A stretch of DNA of 64,000 bases from an uncultured bacterium (GTDB lineage: Bacteria > Actinomycetota > Coriobacteriia > Coriobacteriales > Coriobacteriaceae), in contig CAJMRE010000003.1 of NCBI GenBank assembly GCA_905215755.1, positions 7,424 through 71,423 on the forward strand. Direction: 5' to 3'. How positions within the stretch are numbered: position 1 is the stretch's first letter; the number at the start of each line of letters is the position of its first letter. The notes under the pieces were generated by a model. The model did not search any database, was not told the DNA's origin, and saw only the letters and a list, made by a program, of their open reading frames with translations. Below, piece after piece: positions 1-10,197 of this stretch. The position numbers and the translations under genes are program-made.

Positions 1-220
1 AGGGGTCCATGCGTCCGGAAATTTTGCTTTCTGCCGCTGATGTTTTGTTGCAGGGCTTGACCCCGGGCGTCGATGCACCTATTGTTTCCATCGGTATGCA
101 AGACCTCGTGACCATCTGCTCCTACGATGTCGAGCGTCAGAATCAAGCATGCGAGGACGACGAGGGCCGACTCGTCAGCCCCATACCTGTGCGAACTTGT
201 GGATTTGCTCCACATACTCG

Positions 221-249
221 TTGACGGGGGTATTATCGCCTGCTACTAT
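221..249 (+). promoter_or_regulatory. Sigma-70-type promoter of rplU-rpmA: TTGACG (221-226), 17 nt spacer, TACTAT (244-249), with TGC directly upstream (extended -10 TGCTACTAT)
   Basis: Read directly: ttgacgggggtattatcgcctgctactat. The -10 ends 42 nt upstream of the rplU ATG. Confidence 0.6.
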
Positions 250-291
250 ATTCGGCTGTTGCACTAACTGATGCATGAAGGGCAAGTAAAC

Positions 292-666
292 ATGTACGCA
301 ATCGTTAACACGGGCGGCAAGCAGTACAAGGTCGCCACCGACGATGTCATCACCGTCGAGAAGATCGAGGGCAATGAGGGCGATAAGATCACCCTGCCGG
401 TTATCTTCCTCAACGATGGTAAGAAGATCGTCACTGATCCCGACAAGCTGGCCAAGGCCAAGGTTACCGCTCAGATCGTTGAGCAGTTCAAGGGCGAGAA
501 GCAGCTGGTCTTCAAGTTCCACAAGCGTAAGCGCTATCGTCGTCTGAAGGGTCACCGTCAGCAGCTCACCAAGCTGAAGATCGTGAAGGTTCAGGCTACC
601 TCCCGCGCCAAGAAGGCTGTCAAGGCAGAGGCTGAGGCTGTTGCCGAGGCTCCCGTCGCCGAGTAG
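292..666 (+). CDS. rplU: 50S ribosomal protein L21
   Basis: ORF 271-666. MYAIVNTGGKQYKV from ATG 292 (GAAGG upstream) is the canonical L21 N-terminus. rpmA follows directly. Confidence 0.95.
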   Translation: MYAIVNTGGKQYKVATDDVITVEKIEGNEGDKITLPVIFLNDGKKIVTDPDKLAKAKVTAQIVEQFKGEKQLVFKFHKRKRYRRLKGHRQQLTKLKIVKVQATSRAKKAVKAEAEAVAEAPVAE

Positions 667-699
667 ATTACACTCGTAACGAAAGAGTAGGTATACACA

Positions 700-957
700 A
701 TGGCACACAAAAAAGGACTCGGTTCCTCCCGTAATGGCCGTGACTCCCGCGGTCAGCGCCTTGGCACGAAGCGCTATGCCGGCCAGACGGTAACCACGGG
801 CACGATTCTCGTCCGTCAGCACGGCACGCACATCCACCCGGGTGAGAACGTTGGCCGTGGCAAGGACGACACGCTGTTCGCGCTGGTCGACGGTACCGTT
901 GAGTTCCACAAGGGTATCAAGCACAGGGTCAGCGTACGCCCGCTCGCGAACGCGTAA
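700..957 (+). CDS. rpmA: 50S ribosomal protein L27
   Basis: [22 protein letters not shown]... is a typical L27 N-terminus, at the expected position after rplU. Confidence 0.95.
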   Translation: MAHKKGLGSSRNGRDSRGQRLGTKRYAGQTVTTGTILVRQHGTHIHPGENVGRGKDDTLFALVDGTVEFHKGIKHRVSVRPLANA

Positions 958-982
958 TTCACCCTTCATAGAGCACATATGT

Positions 983-1026
983 GGGAGGCACTTGAGTTTT
1001 AGGATTCAAGGGTCTCCCTCTTTTTT
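983..1026 (+). terminator. Rho-independent terminator after rpmA
   Basis: Hairpin gggaggc-a-cttga [loop] tcaag-g-gtctccc, followed by tcttttttg. Confidence 0.7.
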
Positions 1027-1030
1027 GTAG

Positions 1031-2539
<1,509 letters not shown>

Positions 2540-2542
2540 GCC

Positions 2543-3220
2543 ATGTCGCTGCGCGGTGGAATCGGTCTGCCCGAGCTTCCCATAGAGGACGGGCAGGAGT
2601 TTAGGCTCGGCATTATGGGCGGTACCTTTGACCCCATCCATTACGGTCACCTGGTGACCGCCGAGCAGGCACGTGAGTCCCTCGACTTGGACGCCGTGCT
2701 CTTTATGCCGGCGGGCTCGCCTGCCTTTAAACTCGACAAACCGGTGACGCCGGCCGAGGACCGTTATGCCATGACGGTCCTCGCGACCGCCGCGAACCCG
2801 GCCTTTTTGGCAAGCCGCTTCGAGATCGATCGTGCCGGTGTCACCTATACAGCCGATACGCTGCGCGCCCTGCGCGACTTTTACCCGCCTCAGGTAAAGC
2901 TCTACTTTATTACGGGTGCTGATGCGATTATCGATATAGTGACCTGGCACAATGCTGATGAGATTGCCGAACTGGCAACCTTTATTGCTGCGACGCGACC
3001 GGGCTTTGATATCGATACTGCTCGCGCGCGAATCAAAGAGTCGGGCCTGCCGTTCGACGTGCGCTATATTCAGATTCCGGCGTTGGCGATTAGCTCGACC
3101 AACATTCGCAAGCGGGTTGCCCGCGGCATGAGCGTGCGCTATCTTACGAGCGAGTCCGTGCTTGGCTATATCCGTAAACGCGGCCTGTATGCCGATCTTG
3201 GGCAAGACGATTTTGAGTGA
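2543..3220 (+). CDS. nadD: Nicotinate-nucleotide adenylyltransferase
   Basis: GIMGGTFDPIHYGH nucleotidyltransferase motif and ISSTNIRKR near the C-terminus. obg-nadD-yqeK-rsfS synteny. Confidence 0.9.
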   Translation: MSLRGGIGLPELPIEDGQEFRLGIMGGTFDPIHYGHLVTAEQARESLDLDAVLFMPAGSPAFKLDKPVTPAEDRYAMTVLATAANPAFLASRFEIDRAGVTYTADTLRALRDFYPPQVKLYFITGADAIIDIVTWHNADEIAELATFIAATRPGFDIDTARARIKESGLPFDVRYIQIPALAISSTNIRKRVARGMSVRYLTSESVLGYIRKRGLYADLGQDDFE

Positions 3221-3232
3221 TGGGGGAGAACG

Positions 3233-3841
3233 TTGTCGGTAGAAGATCAGTTTGAGGGCGACGAGCGCGCGCTCTTGACGCGTATCCACGAGTTGCTCGA
3301 TGTGCGCATGAAGGATAAACGTAAGCGCTATGTGCATTCGCTCGGGGTTGCCGAGACTGCGCTGCACCTAGCCGAGGTATACGGCGTCAACCGCTTTGAT
3401 GCCGCAGCCGCCGGCCTGATCCACGACTGGGACAAGGTACTCTCCGACGACGAGCTAGTCACGCGCGCTCTGCATTACGGCATTAAAATTGCCGGCTCTC
3501 CGTCTGCCGCGACGCCGCTTTTGCATGGCCCGGTTGCCGCCTATGAGCTTCCGCAGCTTTTTCCCGAGCTACCGCCGGCGGTCTTTCAGGCTGTCGACCG
3601 TCACACCGTGGGCGCTTGCGACATGACGCCGCTCGATATGGTGGTCTTTGTGGCCGATGCCATCGAACCCAACCGCCACGGTGATTATGCCCATGCGCTG
3701 CGCAAGATGGTGGGGAAGTCCTCGCTCGACGAGTTGTTCTTCTCCTGTTTTGCGCAGGGTCTGGTCTATGTGATCCAGACCGGGCGTTATCTTTATCCCA
3801 CGGCTATTACGATTTACAACCATTACGCCCAGCTGCGCTAG
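3233..3841 (+). CDS. yqeK: HD-domain phosphohydrolase of the YqeK family (bis(5'-nucleosyl)-tetraphosphatase)
   Basis: HSLGVAETALHLA...LIHDWDK (HD motif). Conserved position between nadD and rsfS. Confidence 0.8.
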   Translation: MSVEDQFEGDERALLTRIHELLDVRMKDKRKRYVHSLGVAETALHLAEVYGVNRFDAAAAGLIHDWDKVLSDDELVTRALHYGIKIAGSPSAATPLLHGPVAAYELPQLFPELPPAVFQAVDRHTVGACDMTPLDMVVFVADAIEPNRHGDYAHALRKMVGKSSLDELFFSCFAQGLVYVIQTGRYLYPTAITIYNHYAQLR

Positions 3842-3868
3842 CTCGGGCTGTCTAGAAAGAGGTATTCC

Positions 3869-4324
3869 ATGGCCGACGAGACCATGACCGACGAGCAGAT
3901 TCTTGAAGGTGTGGAGCACAAGAGTTTCGCTGCCACGTCCGACCGCACTGCCGCCTCGCTGTCCGCGAGCGGTGTCGCCGCCGAGGATGTCGCCCGCGCC
4001 GCCGCGCAGGCCGCCTACGACAAGAAAGGCGAGGACGTTCAGGTGCTCGACCTGACTGAGCTTTCTGATGTGTGCGACTACTTTGTTCTCGCTTCCGGCA
4101 CCAACAACCGCCAGGTCGATTCGATTGTCGACGAGATTGAGGAGAAGGTCGCCGAGGCTTGCGGCGAGCACCCGTTTTCCATCGAGGGCCGCGAGCAGAA
4201 GACCTGGATGCTCATGGACTACGGTTCGGTTGTCGTCCACGTCTTCACTCCCGAAGCCCGCGACTTCTACCGCCTCGAGAAACTCTGGGGAGACGCCCCC
4301 CAGCTCCCCCTCAACCTCCTCTAA
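3869..4324 (+). CDS. rsfS: Ribosome silencing factor RsfS (IojAP family)
   Basis: DYFVLASGTNNRQVDSIVDEI...WMLMDYGSVVVHVF. AGAGG-type RBS (agaaagagg) upstream of the ATG. Confidence 0.9.
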   Translation: MADETMTDEQILEGVEHKSFAATSDRTAASLSASGVAAEDVARAAAQAAYDKKGEDVQVLDLTELSDVCDYFVLASGTNNRQVDSIVDEIEEKVAEACGEHPFSIEGREQKTWMLMDYGSVVVHVFTPEARDFYRLEKLWGDAPQLPLNLL

Positions 4325-4358
4325 ATGATTTTTCTGGGACGGGGATAAAATAATCATT
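4324..4358. repeat. Left 35-nt unit: AATGATT TTTCTGGGACGGGGAT AAAAT AATCATT (7-bp stem with an internal GGGACGGGGAT core)
   Basis: Read directly. Its first base is the last base of the rsfS TAA stop codon. Confidence 0.8.
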
Positions 4359-4368
4359 GCTACCGTTT

Positions 4369-4407
4369 GCCGAACCGCTCACCTTTGTTGGGCGGTTCGG
4401 CCTTTTT
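4369..4407 (+). terminator. Rho-independent terminator, probably serving rsfS; it lies just inside the left repeat unit
   Basis: gccgaaccgc [13-nt loop] gcggttcggc is a perfect 10-bp stem, followed by cttttt. Confidence 0.8.
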
Positions 4408-4461
4408 CTTCCTTTCCTTTTGTATGCTGTGACTACTGCATCCTTGGAAGGGAGGGTTTCG

Positions 4462-5202
4462 ATGACTCGTGTTGCCCGTGCGTTGTCCGAACTCGGCCAT
4501 TATCACGTCATGCTCAAGGGCTGTGCTGGCCAGCTGATCTTCGAAGACGATGACGATCGCCTTTATTTTCTCAATCTATTGAACAGACGATTTACGTCCG
4601 CTCATATTCGTCTTCTTGCCTGGTGCCTCATGGACAATCATGTTCACCTGCTATTTGATGATCTCGATAATCAGATGAGCGTTGCTATGCATGCGATTGA
4701 TACGGCATATGCGAAACACTTCAATCAAAAAACCGGCCGCCGCGGACCGGTGTTCCAGGAACGATTCAAGAGTGTGATCATTTCTGACGACAAACAGCTG
4801 CTCCGTTGCGTCCGATACATACACGACAATCCTGCAAAAGCAGGTATTTCTTCTGCTCCTCTGTATCGCTGGAGCAGCTTCCATGAGTATTTCTCTCATC
4901 CCGAAATTTGTGATTGTGAAGGTATTCTCAATCTGTTTGGGGGTACGGAAGCGTTTTATCTTTCGAGTACCGACGGCAAGCCTAATCCCTATTTTATGCC
5001 CGAAGGTAAGCATATCTCCGATATGGATGCGCTGGAAGTTGCCCGGGCTCTTTTGGCTCCGCATGAGCCTTATCAGCTTAAAACTTTGCCGAAATCAGAG
5101 CGAAATCGTCTTCTGGCAGTGTTGAGGCATCGGGGGTTTACGATTGACCAGATTTCGCGTCTGACGGGAATTGGGACCAATATCATTCAAAGGGCGAAAT
5201 GA
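4462..5202 (+). CDS. Y1 (HUH) tyrosine transposase-like protein, IS200/REP-associated (RAYT, COG1943-like), with a C-terminal helix-turn-helix
   Basis: HUH motif in LMDNHVHLLF and catalytic-Tyr motif VRYIHDNPAKAG. C-terminal LAVLRHRGFTIDQISRLTGIG is HTH-like. GGAAGGGAGGG RBS before ATG 4462. The ORF track starts at 4357. Confidence 0.75.
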   Translation: MTRVARALSELGHYHVMLKGCAGQLIFEDDDDRLYFLNLLNRRFTSAHIRLLAWCLMDNHVHLLFDDLDNQMSVAMHAIDTAYAKHFNQKTGRRGPVFQERFKSVIISDDKQLLRCVRYIHDNPAKAGISSAPLYRWSSFHEYFSHPEICDCEGILNLFGGTEAFYLSSTDGKPNPYFMPEGKHISDMDALEVARALLAPHEPYQLKTLPKSERNRLLAVLRHRGFTIDQISRLTGIGTNIIQRAK

Positions 5203-5209
5203 CGCTCCA

Positions 5210-5244
5210 AATGATAAAAAAATCCCCGTCCTAGAATAATCATT
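5210..5244. repeat. Right 35-nt unit: AATGATA AAAAA ATCCCCGTCCTAGAAT AATCATT (inverted copy of the left unit)
   Basis: The reverse complement, AATGATT ATTCTAGGACGGGGAT TTTTT TATCATT, aligns 28/35 with 4324-4358. The first 23 nt match 21/23. Confidence 0.8.
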
Positions 5245-5277
5245 CGCAGCTACCCGGCTTTCATTTTGCCTCAGGGA

Positions 5278-6531
5278 CTAATCGTTGAAGCGGGATTGGC
5301 GGCCGAAGGATAGGGCGGTGTCGCCGAATTTGTCTCGGACGGCGTCGATGGCGACGGAGAGGTCGCGGCGGTCGCTGGATTGGGCTCCGCGGTCATCGAT
5401 CTCGCAGAACAGGTCGGTTTGGATACCGCCTTGGTGGTTGAAGTCGCTCATGCTGATACCCGCCAGACGCACGTGCATGCCTTCTTGCCAGATATTGTTG
5501 AGCAGCTCGAGCGCTACGGCCACAAAGATATTCTCGTCGTCGGTGGGGTGGGGCAAGCGGCGCTGTGCCGTGCGTCCGCTGCCATACGAATACTTGAGCT
5601 TGAGCGTTACGGTTCCGCCTGTCAGCCCTTGACGGCGCAGGCGGCGCCCAACCGACTCGCCGAGCAGCGCGATCGCCGCCTCGATATCCCCACGCTCAGT
5701 CAAATCCTTCGCAAAGGTGCGCTCATTGCTCACCGATTTAACTTCACGTTCCTCGTCCAGGCTGGTGACCTCGGATACTTCGAGCCCCAAAGCACGTTGA
5801 CGCATGCATTCACCATTCACGCCAAAGATTGCAGCTAGGGTGGACTCTGGCGCGCGTGAAAGCTCGCCAAGCGTATAGATGCGCATGCGGCGCAGTCGCT
5901 CCTCGGCCGAGCGCCCGATGCCGCTCATGGCAGATACCGGCAGCGCGGCCAAAAAGCGCTGCTCGGTTCCGGGGCGCACGATGGTCAGCCCAAACGGCTT
6001 ATCCCGCTCGCTTGCGATCTTTGCGACCGTCTTGTTGCAGCCCACGCCAATGGAGCACGTCACTCCCAGCGCTGCCACGCGGTCGCTTATACGCCGCGCA
6101 ACCAGCAGTGGGTCTTCGGGCGCAAAGCGACCCGGTGTGATATCGATAAAGGCTTCGTCGATGGATACGCGCTCAACACGCGGGGTCTCGTTGGCGAGAA
6201 TCGCCATGACCTGCGCGCTCACCTCGCGGTAGCGATCAAAGTGCCCGTGCGTCCAAATGGCTTGCGGGCACAAGCGCCGCGCCTCGGCCGAGGCCATGGC
6301 CGAATGCACGCCAAAGCGGCGCGCCTCGTAGGAGCAGGTGGACACGACGCCGCGGGAATCGGCATCGCCACCCACGATGAGCGGCTTGCCGCGCCACTCG
6401 GGATGGTCGAGCATCTCCACGCTCGCAAAAAACGCATCGAGATCCATGAGGCCCACCGCCGGTCCCGTCCAGGGCGGCGGTGTGACGCCCGCAGCATCCT
6501 CATAACCGTATGTATGTTCGCGTCTTTTCAT
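5278..6531 (-). CDS. dinB: DNA polymerase IV (Y-family translesion polymerase)
   Basis: GLMDLDAFFASVE, SIDEAFIDIT and GIGVGCNKTVAKIAS are Y-family polymerase motifs. Confidence 0.9.
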   Translation of the reverse strand: MKRREHTYGYEDAAGVTPPPWTGPAVGLMDLDAFFASVEMLDHPEWRGKPLIVGGDADSRGVVSTCSYEARRFGVHSAMASAEARRLCPQAIWTHGHFDRYREVSAQVMAILANETPRVERVSIDEAFIDITPGRFAPEDPLLVARRISDRVAALGVTCSIGVGCNKTVAKIASERDKPFGLTIVRPGTEQRFLAALPVSAMSGIGRSAEERLRRMRIYTLGELSRAPESTLAAIFGVNGECMRQRALGLEVSEVTSLDEEREVKSVSNERTFAKDLTERGDIEAAIALLGESVGRRLRRQGLTGGTVTLKLKYSYGSGRTAQRRLPHPTDDENIFVAVALELLNNIWQEGMHVRLAGISMSDFNHQGGIQTDLFCEIDDRGAQSSDRRDLSVAIDAVRDKFGDTALSFGRQSRFND

Positions 6532-6537
6532 GGCATG

Positions 6538-6543
6538 AGTATA
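6538..6543 (-). promoter_or_regulatory. Candidate -10 (TATACT on the - strand), 6 nt upstream of the dinB ATG; possible leaderless mRNA
   Basis: The - strand reads gcgcggTATACTcatgccATG. There is no Shine-Dalgarno sequence between the -10 and the ATG. Confidence 0.35.
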
Positions 6544-6647
6544 CCGCGCAGCTCATGTGGGGTGCGTGGATGTGCTTGCAAATCGCGAATTCTTGTCTAA
6601 GATATGGATTTGCCTTCGACTACACCGAAGAAGTTGGTCTCACGGAC

Positions 6648-6676
6648 TTCACCTGCCCGCGTCGATGGCGTATTAT
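6648..6676 (+). promoter_or_regulatory. Candidate rpsP operon promoter: TTCACC, 17 nt spacer, TATTAT
   Basis: Read directly: ttcacctgcccgcgtcgatggcgtattat. The -10 ends 56 nt upstream of the rpsP start. Confidence 0.5.
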
Positions 6677-6732
6677 ATTCAACTGTTTGTTTGTAGTTGC
6701 AGCCTAAAGCTGCTTGGTTGGAGGAGTTTCCT

Positions 6733-7074
6733 TTGGCAGTCAAGATTCGCCTTGCTCGTCACGGCGCTAAGAAGCGTCCGTACTACCGTGTCGTCGTCGC
6801 CGATTCCCGCGCCCCGCGTGACGGTCGTATCATCGAGGAGGTTGGCCGCTACAACCCGATGACCGCCCCCAAGACCATCAACCTCGATCTCGAGAAGATC
6901 GCTGACTGGCAGTCCAAGGGCGCTCAGCTCACCGACGCTGTCGCTGCTCTGGTCAAGGCCGCCAACGAGGGCGAGAAGACCGAGACCGTCGTCAAGAAGT
7001 CCAAGAAGCAGCTCGCCAAAGAGGCCGAGGCCGCTAAGGCTGCCGCTGAGGCCGCTGAGGGCGCCGAGGAGTAA
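6733..7074 (+). CDS. rpsP: 30S ribosomal protein S16
   Basis: [26 protein letters not shown] from TTG 6733, with GGAGGAG 6 nt upstream. Lys/Ala/Glu-rich C-tail. The ORF track starts at 6697. Confidence 0.9.
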   Translation: MAVKIRLARHGAKKRPYYRVVVADSRAPRDGRIIEEVGRYNPMTAPKTINLDLEKIADWQSKGAQLTDAVAALVKAANEGEKTETVVKKSKKQLAKEAEAAKAAAEAAEGAEE

Positions 7075-7116
7075 ATCGTGCCTGAGGTTGACGCTGCACA
7101 GCTCGAGGGTGAGGCA

Positions 7117-7362
7117 ATGCTCTCAGATCGCATCGCCGATCTCGTCGAATATCTCGTTGTTCAGATCGTCGACGACCCGGATTCCGTGAGCCTTGAGGTC
7201 ATCGATGGTGACGACGCCTCCACGATTGAGGTTTCGGTTGCCGAGGATGACGTCGCTAAGGTCATCGGCCGTCGTGGCCGTACCATCAAGGCCATTCGCA
7301 CGCTCGCCCGTGCACTGGCCGCTCGCCTCGACACTGCAGTCGAGGTAGAGGTTCTGGGCTAG
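7117..7362 (+). CDS. khpA: KH-domain RNA-binding protein (KhpA/YlqC family)
   Basis: VIGRRGRTIKAIRTLA is a GXXG KH motif. Conserved rpsP-KH-rimM-trmD order. GTG 7078 is an alternative start. Confidence 0.75.
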   Translation: MLSDRIADLVEYLVVQIVDDPDSVSLEVIDGDDASTIEVSVAEDDVAKVIGRRGRTIKAIRTLARALAARLDTAVEVEVLG

Positions 7363-7366
7363 GACC

Positions 7367-7888
7367 TTGAGGTCCCAGTACAAAAACATCGCCCGTGTGG
7401 TCAAGCCGCACGGAAGGAAGGGGGAGGTCCTCGCGCAGCCGCTGCGGGGGCTTCCTTCTGTATTGACGCCGGGTATGCGCGTCGCCTTGACGCCGCCGGC
7501 GCTCAAGCGTGACCGTTTTTGCACGGTCACATCCGTCACCGATACGGGCGATGGCGATCTGGTCTCGTTTGAGGGCATTGATGACTTGACGGCCGCCGAG
7601 GGCATCACCGGATGCTACGTGCTGGCAAATCGTGACGACTTTGAGCTCGATTCGCTCGATGCCGCCTATACCGATCTGATGGGTCGCGAGGTGGTTGACG
7701 AGCGTTTCGGTTCGCTCGGCACGATTGTCGAGATCATGTCGACGCCCGCCAACGATGTTTGGGTTGTCGAGGGCGATCGGTACGGCGAGGTGCTGATTCC
7801 CGTGATCGAGCAGGTTGTGCTCGATCTTCCCGATCAGGGGACAATTTCCGTCCACGTTATGGACGGGTTGATTGATATGGACAAGTAG
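7367..7888 (+). CDS. rimM: 16S rRNA processing protein RimM
   Basis: N-terminal ARVVKPHGRKGEV and a C-terminal PRC-barrel-like region. Synteny between the KH protein and trmD. Confidence 0.85.
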   Translation: MRSQYKNIARVVKPHGRKGEVLAQPLRGLPSVLTPGMRVALTPPALKRDRFCTVTSVTDTGDGDLVSFEGIDDLTAAEGITGCYVLANRDDFELDSLDAAYTDLMGREVVDERFGSLGTIVEIMSTPANDVWVVEGDRYGEVLIPVIEQVVLDLPDQGTISVHVMDGLIDMDK

Positions 7889-7898
7889 GGAGGACAAC

Positions 7899-8657
7899 AT
7901 GCTGATTGAGACCCTTTCGGTCTTTCCCGAGATGTTTGAGCCCGTCATGTCCACATCGATCTTGGGCCGCGCCCGCAAGGCCGGCCTTTTTGATTTTAAG
8001 GCCTATAACCTGCGCGACTGGACGCACGACCGCCATCGTACCGTCGATGACGAGCCGTACGGCGGCGGGCAGGGCATGCTTATGAAGGTCGAGCCCATCG
8101 CCGAGGCCATCGAGGCTATTAGTTCCGAGGGTCCCAAGCCCACCGTGGTGTTCTTTACGCCCTGCGGCGAACCCTTTACGCAGCATGTGGCCGAGCGCCT
8201 ACTCAAAAGCGAGCGCCTGCTGTTTGTTTGCAGCCGCTACGAGGGCGTCGACGAGCGCGCTTATGCGTATGCCGACGAGCGCCTGTCGATCGGCGACTAC
8301 GTGCTTACGGGCGGCGAGCTTCCCGCTATGGTCGTTGCCGATGCTGTCGTACGTTTGATTCCCGGCGCCCTTGGTGACGAGATGAGCAATGTCGATGAGT
8401 CGTTCTCGACTGCCGAGGACGGTGGCCTGCTCGAGTACGCGCAGTACACCCGTCCCGCCGAGTTCAACGGCGAGGGCGTGCCGCCGGTGCTCGTGAGCGG
8501 TGACCATGCCAAGGTTGACGCCTGGCGCCGTAAGAATGCCATCGAGCGCACCTGCCGCTGGCGTCCCGACCTGATCGAGACGGCGCGGCTTACGCCCGAG
8601 GAGCGCGCATACGCGCAGGACATCCTGGACGCATCGTATTCGCAGAGCAAGGAGTGA
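7899..8657 (+). CDS. trmD: tRNA (guanine37-N1)-methyltransferase
   Basis: DDEPYGGGQGMLMK, CSRYEGVDER and VLTGGELPAMVVADA. GGGAGG sits 6 nt before ATG 7899. Confidence 0.92.
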   Translation: MLIETLSVFPEMFEPVMSTSILGRARKAGLFDFKAYNLRDWTHDRHRTVDDEPYGGGQGMLMKVEPIAEAIEAISSEGPKPTVVFFTPCGEPFTQHVAERLLKSERLLFVCSRYEGVDERAYAYADERLSIGDYVLTGGELPAMVVADAVVRLIPGALGDEMSNVDESFSTAEDGGLLEYAQYTRPAEFNGEGVPPVLVSGDHAKVDAWRRKNAIERTCRWRPDLIETARLTPEERAYAQDILDASYSQSKE

Positions 8658-8659
8658 GA

Positions 8660-9223
8660 ATGGTTCCATCGCAGCATTCCGTGCTAAAGGGTGCGTTTGA
8701 GTGGATCGTGGTCGTCGCGATCGCACTGGTCGCCACCTTCCTGATTCGCTCGTTTGTGGTCGAACCCTTTGTGGTGCCCACCGGCTCCATGGAGTCCACG
8801 ATCGAGATCGGCGACCAGATCCTGGCGCAAAAGGTGAGCCTTGAGCTCGGCCAGCCCGTCAGCCAAGGCGATATCGTGGTGTTCCACAACCCCGATGGCA
8901 CCTCCGAGCACGATGTTCTCGTCAAGCGTGTTATTGCCACGGCCGGCCAGACGGTCGACCTTCGGGACGGCAAGGTGGTCGTTGACGGCCAGGCGCTCGA
9001 CGAGGACTACACGACCGGCATGAGCTGGCCGCTTTCGGTCCAGGCTCCCGGCGCTCAGGTAAGCTATCCCTACACCGTTCCCGACGGGTGCGTGTGGGTG
9101 ATGGGCGACAACCGCGAAAACTCTGCCGACTCACGTTACTTTGGTCCCGTCGATCGCTCTGATTTGATCGCCGTGGCGCTTGTGCGCTACTGGCCGCTCA
9201 ACCGCATCGGCGCTATCGACTAA
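8660..9223 (+). CDS. lepB: Signal peptidase I
   Basis: N-terminal TM helix, VPTGSMEST (catalytic Ser), LVKRVIA (Lys) and GDNRENSADSRYFG box E. Confidence 0.87.
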   Translation: MVPSQHSVLKGAFEWIVVVAIALVATFLIRSFVVEPFVVPTGSMESTIEIGDQILAQKVSLELGQPVSQGDIVVFHNPDGTSEHDVLVKRVIATAGQTVDLRDGKVVVDGQALDEDYTTGMSWPLSVQAPGAQVSYPYTVPDGCVWVMGDNRENSADSRYFGPVDRSDLIAVALVRYWPLNRIGAID

Positions 9224-9282
9224 AAACCGCTATAGTACAGTACCTAACCGTGTAATCGTTTCGACGAGGGGATATTAGAGGC

Positions 9283-10194
9283 ATGAACGCTTCATCGCTT
9301 TCCTTCCAAGACATCATCCTGCGCCTCCAGCAGTACTGGGGCGAGCAGGGCTGCGTCATTATGCAGCCCTATGACTCCGAGGTCGGTGCCGGTACCTTCC
9401 ACACCGCGACCACGCTGCGCTCGCTCGGCCCCGCCGAGTGGCGCACCTGCTACGCTCAGCCTTGCCGCCGTCCTGCCGACGGCCGCTACGGCGAGAATCC
9501 CAACCGCATGCAGCACTACTATCAGTTCCAGGTGCTCATCAAGCCGTCGCCGGTCAACGCCCAGGAGCTTTACCTGGGGTCTCTTGCCGCTATCGGCCTA
9601 GACCCCAACGACCATGACGTCCGTTTTGTCGAGGATGACTGGGAGAGCCCGACCCTGGGCGCCTGGGGCCTTGGCTGGGAGGTCTGGCTCAATGGCATGG
9701 AGGTCACGCAGTTTACGTACTTCCAGCAGGTGGGCGGCATCGAGGTCGACCCCGTGCCCGTCGAGATCACCTATGGTCTGGAGCGCATCGCCATGTACGC
9801 CCAGGGCGTCAACTCCGTCTACGACCTGGTGTGGAGCTATCTGCCCGACGGCACGCCCATGACCTATGGCGACGTGTTCCTGGAGAACGAGCGCGAGTTT
9901 AGTGCCTACAACTTTGAGGTCGCCAACGTCGAGATGATGCGTCAGAAGTTTGATGACTACGAGGCCGAGTGCCACTCCTGCCTTGAGCGCAAGCTGCCGC
10001 TGCCCGCTTACGACTGCGTCATGAAGTGCAGTCATGCCTTCAACCTGCTCGATGCCCGCGGCGCGCTGTCCGCGGTCGAGCGTGCCAACTACATCCTGCG
10101 CGTCCGCGCCGTCGCCAAGGCGTGCTGCGAGGCCTATATGGCCGAGGTCGCCGGAGTCAACGAGAATACCGACCAGGAAGGCGAGGTGGCGTAA
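9283..10194 (+). CDS. glyQ: Glycine--tRNA ligase alpha subunit
   Basis: [24 protein letters not shown]...[10 protein letters not shown] is a highly conserved GlyQ sequence. Confidence 0.95.
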   Translation: MNASSLSFQDIILRLQQYWGEQGCVIMQPYDSEVGAGTFHTATTLRSLGPAEWRTCYAQPCRRPADGRYGENPNRMQHYYQFQVLIKPSPVNAQELYLGSLAAIGLDPNDHDVRFVEDDWESPTLGAWGLGWEVWLNGMEVTQFTYFQQVGGIEVDPVPVEITYGLERIAMYAQGVNSVYDLVWSYLPDGTPMTYGDVFLENEREFSAYNFEVANVEMMRQKFDDYEAECHSCLERKLPLPAYDCVMKCSHAFNLLDARGALSAVERANYILRVRAVAKACCEAYMAEVAGVNENTDQEGEVA

Positions 10195-10197
10195 GCC

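Larger units (their letters stand above)
4324..5244 (+). mobile_element. RAYT/IS200-like Y1-transposase cassette bounded by two inverted 35-nt palindromic units
   Basis: Units at 4324-4358 and 5210-5244 match 28/35 in inverted orientation. They enclose a visibly AT-richer gene with HUH and Tyr motifs. Confidence 0.65.

Noticed and set aside
1-224. ORF 9-224 on the + strand, plus a - strand ORF starting near 215 and running off the left edge. Either might be a partial gene upstream of rplU.
   Set aside because: Neither has the high third-position GC of real genes here, and neither contains a motif I recognise. The region also holds the rplU promoter. I leave it unannotated. It could still be the poorly conserved tail of an upstream gene.
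6532-6700. A possible LexA/SOS box in the dinB-rpsP divergent region (cgcgaattcttgtc).
   Set aside because: It fits neither GAAC-N4-GTTC nor TCGAAC-N4-GTTCGA beyond chance.
9224-9282. T-box leaders upstream of glyQ and, at 31682, proS.
   Set aside because: The glyQ spacer is only 59 nt, and proS abuts ispG. There is no room for a roughly 200-nt T-box.
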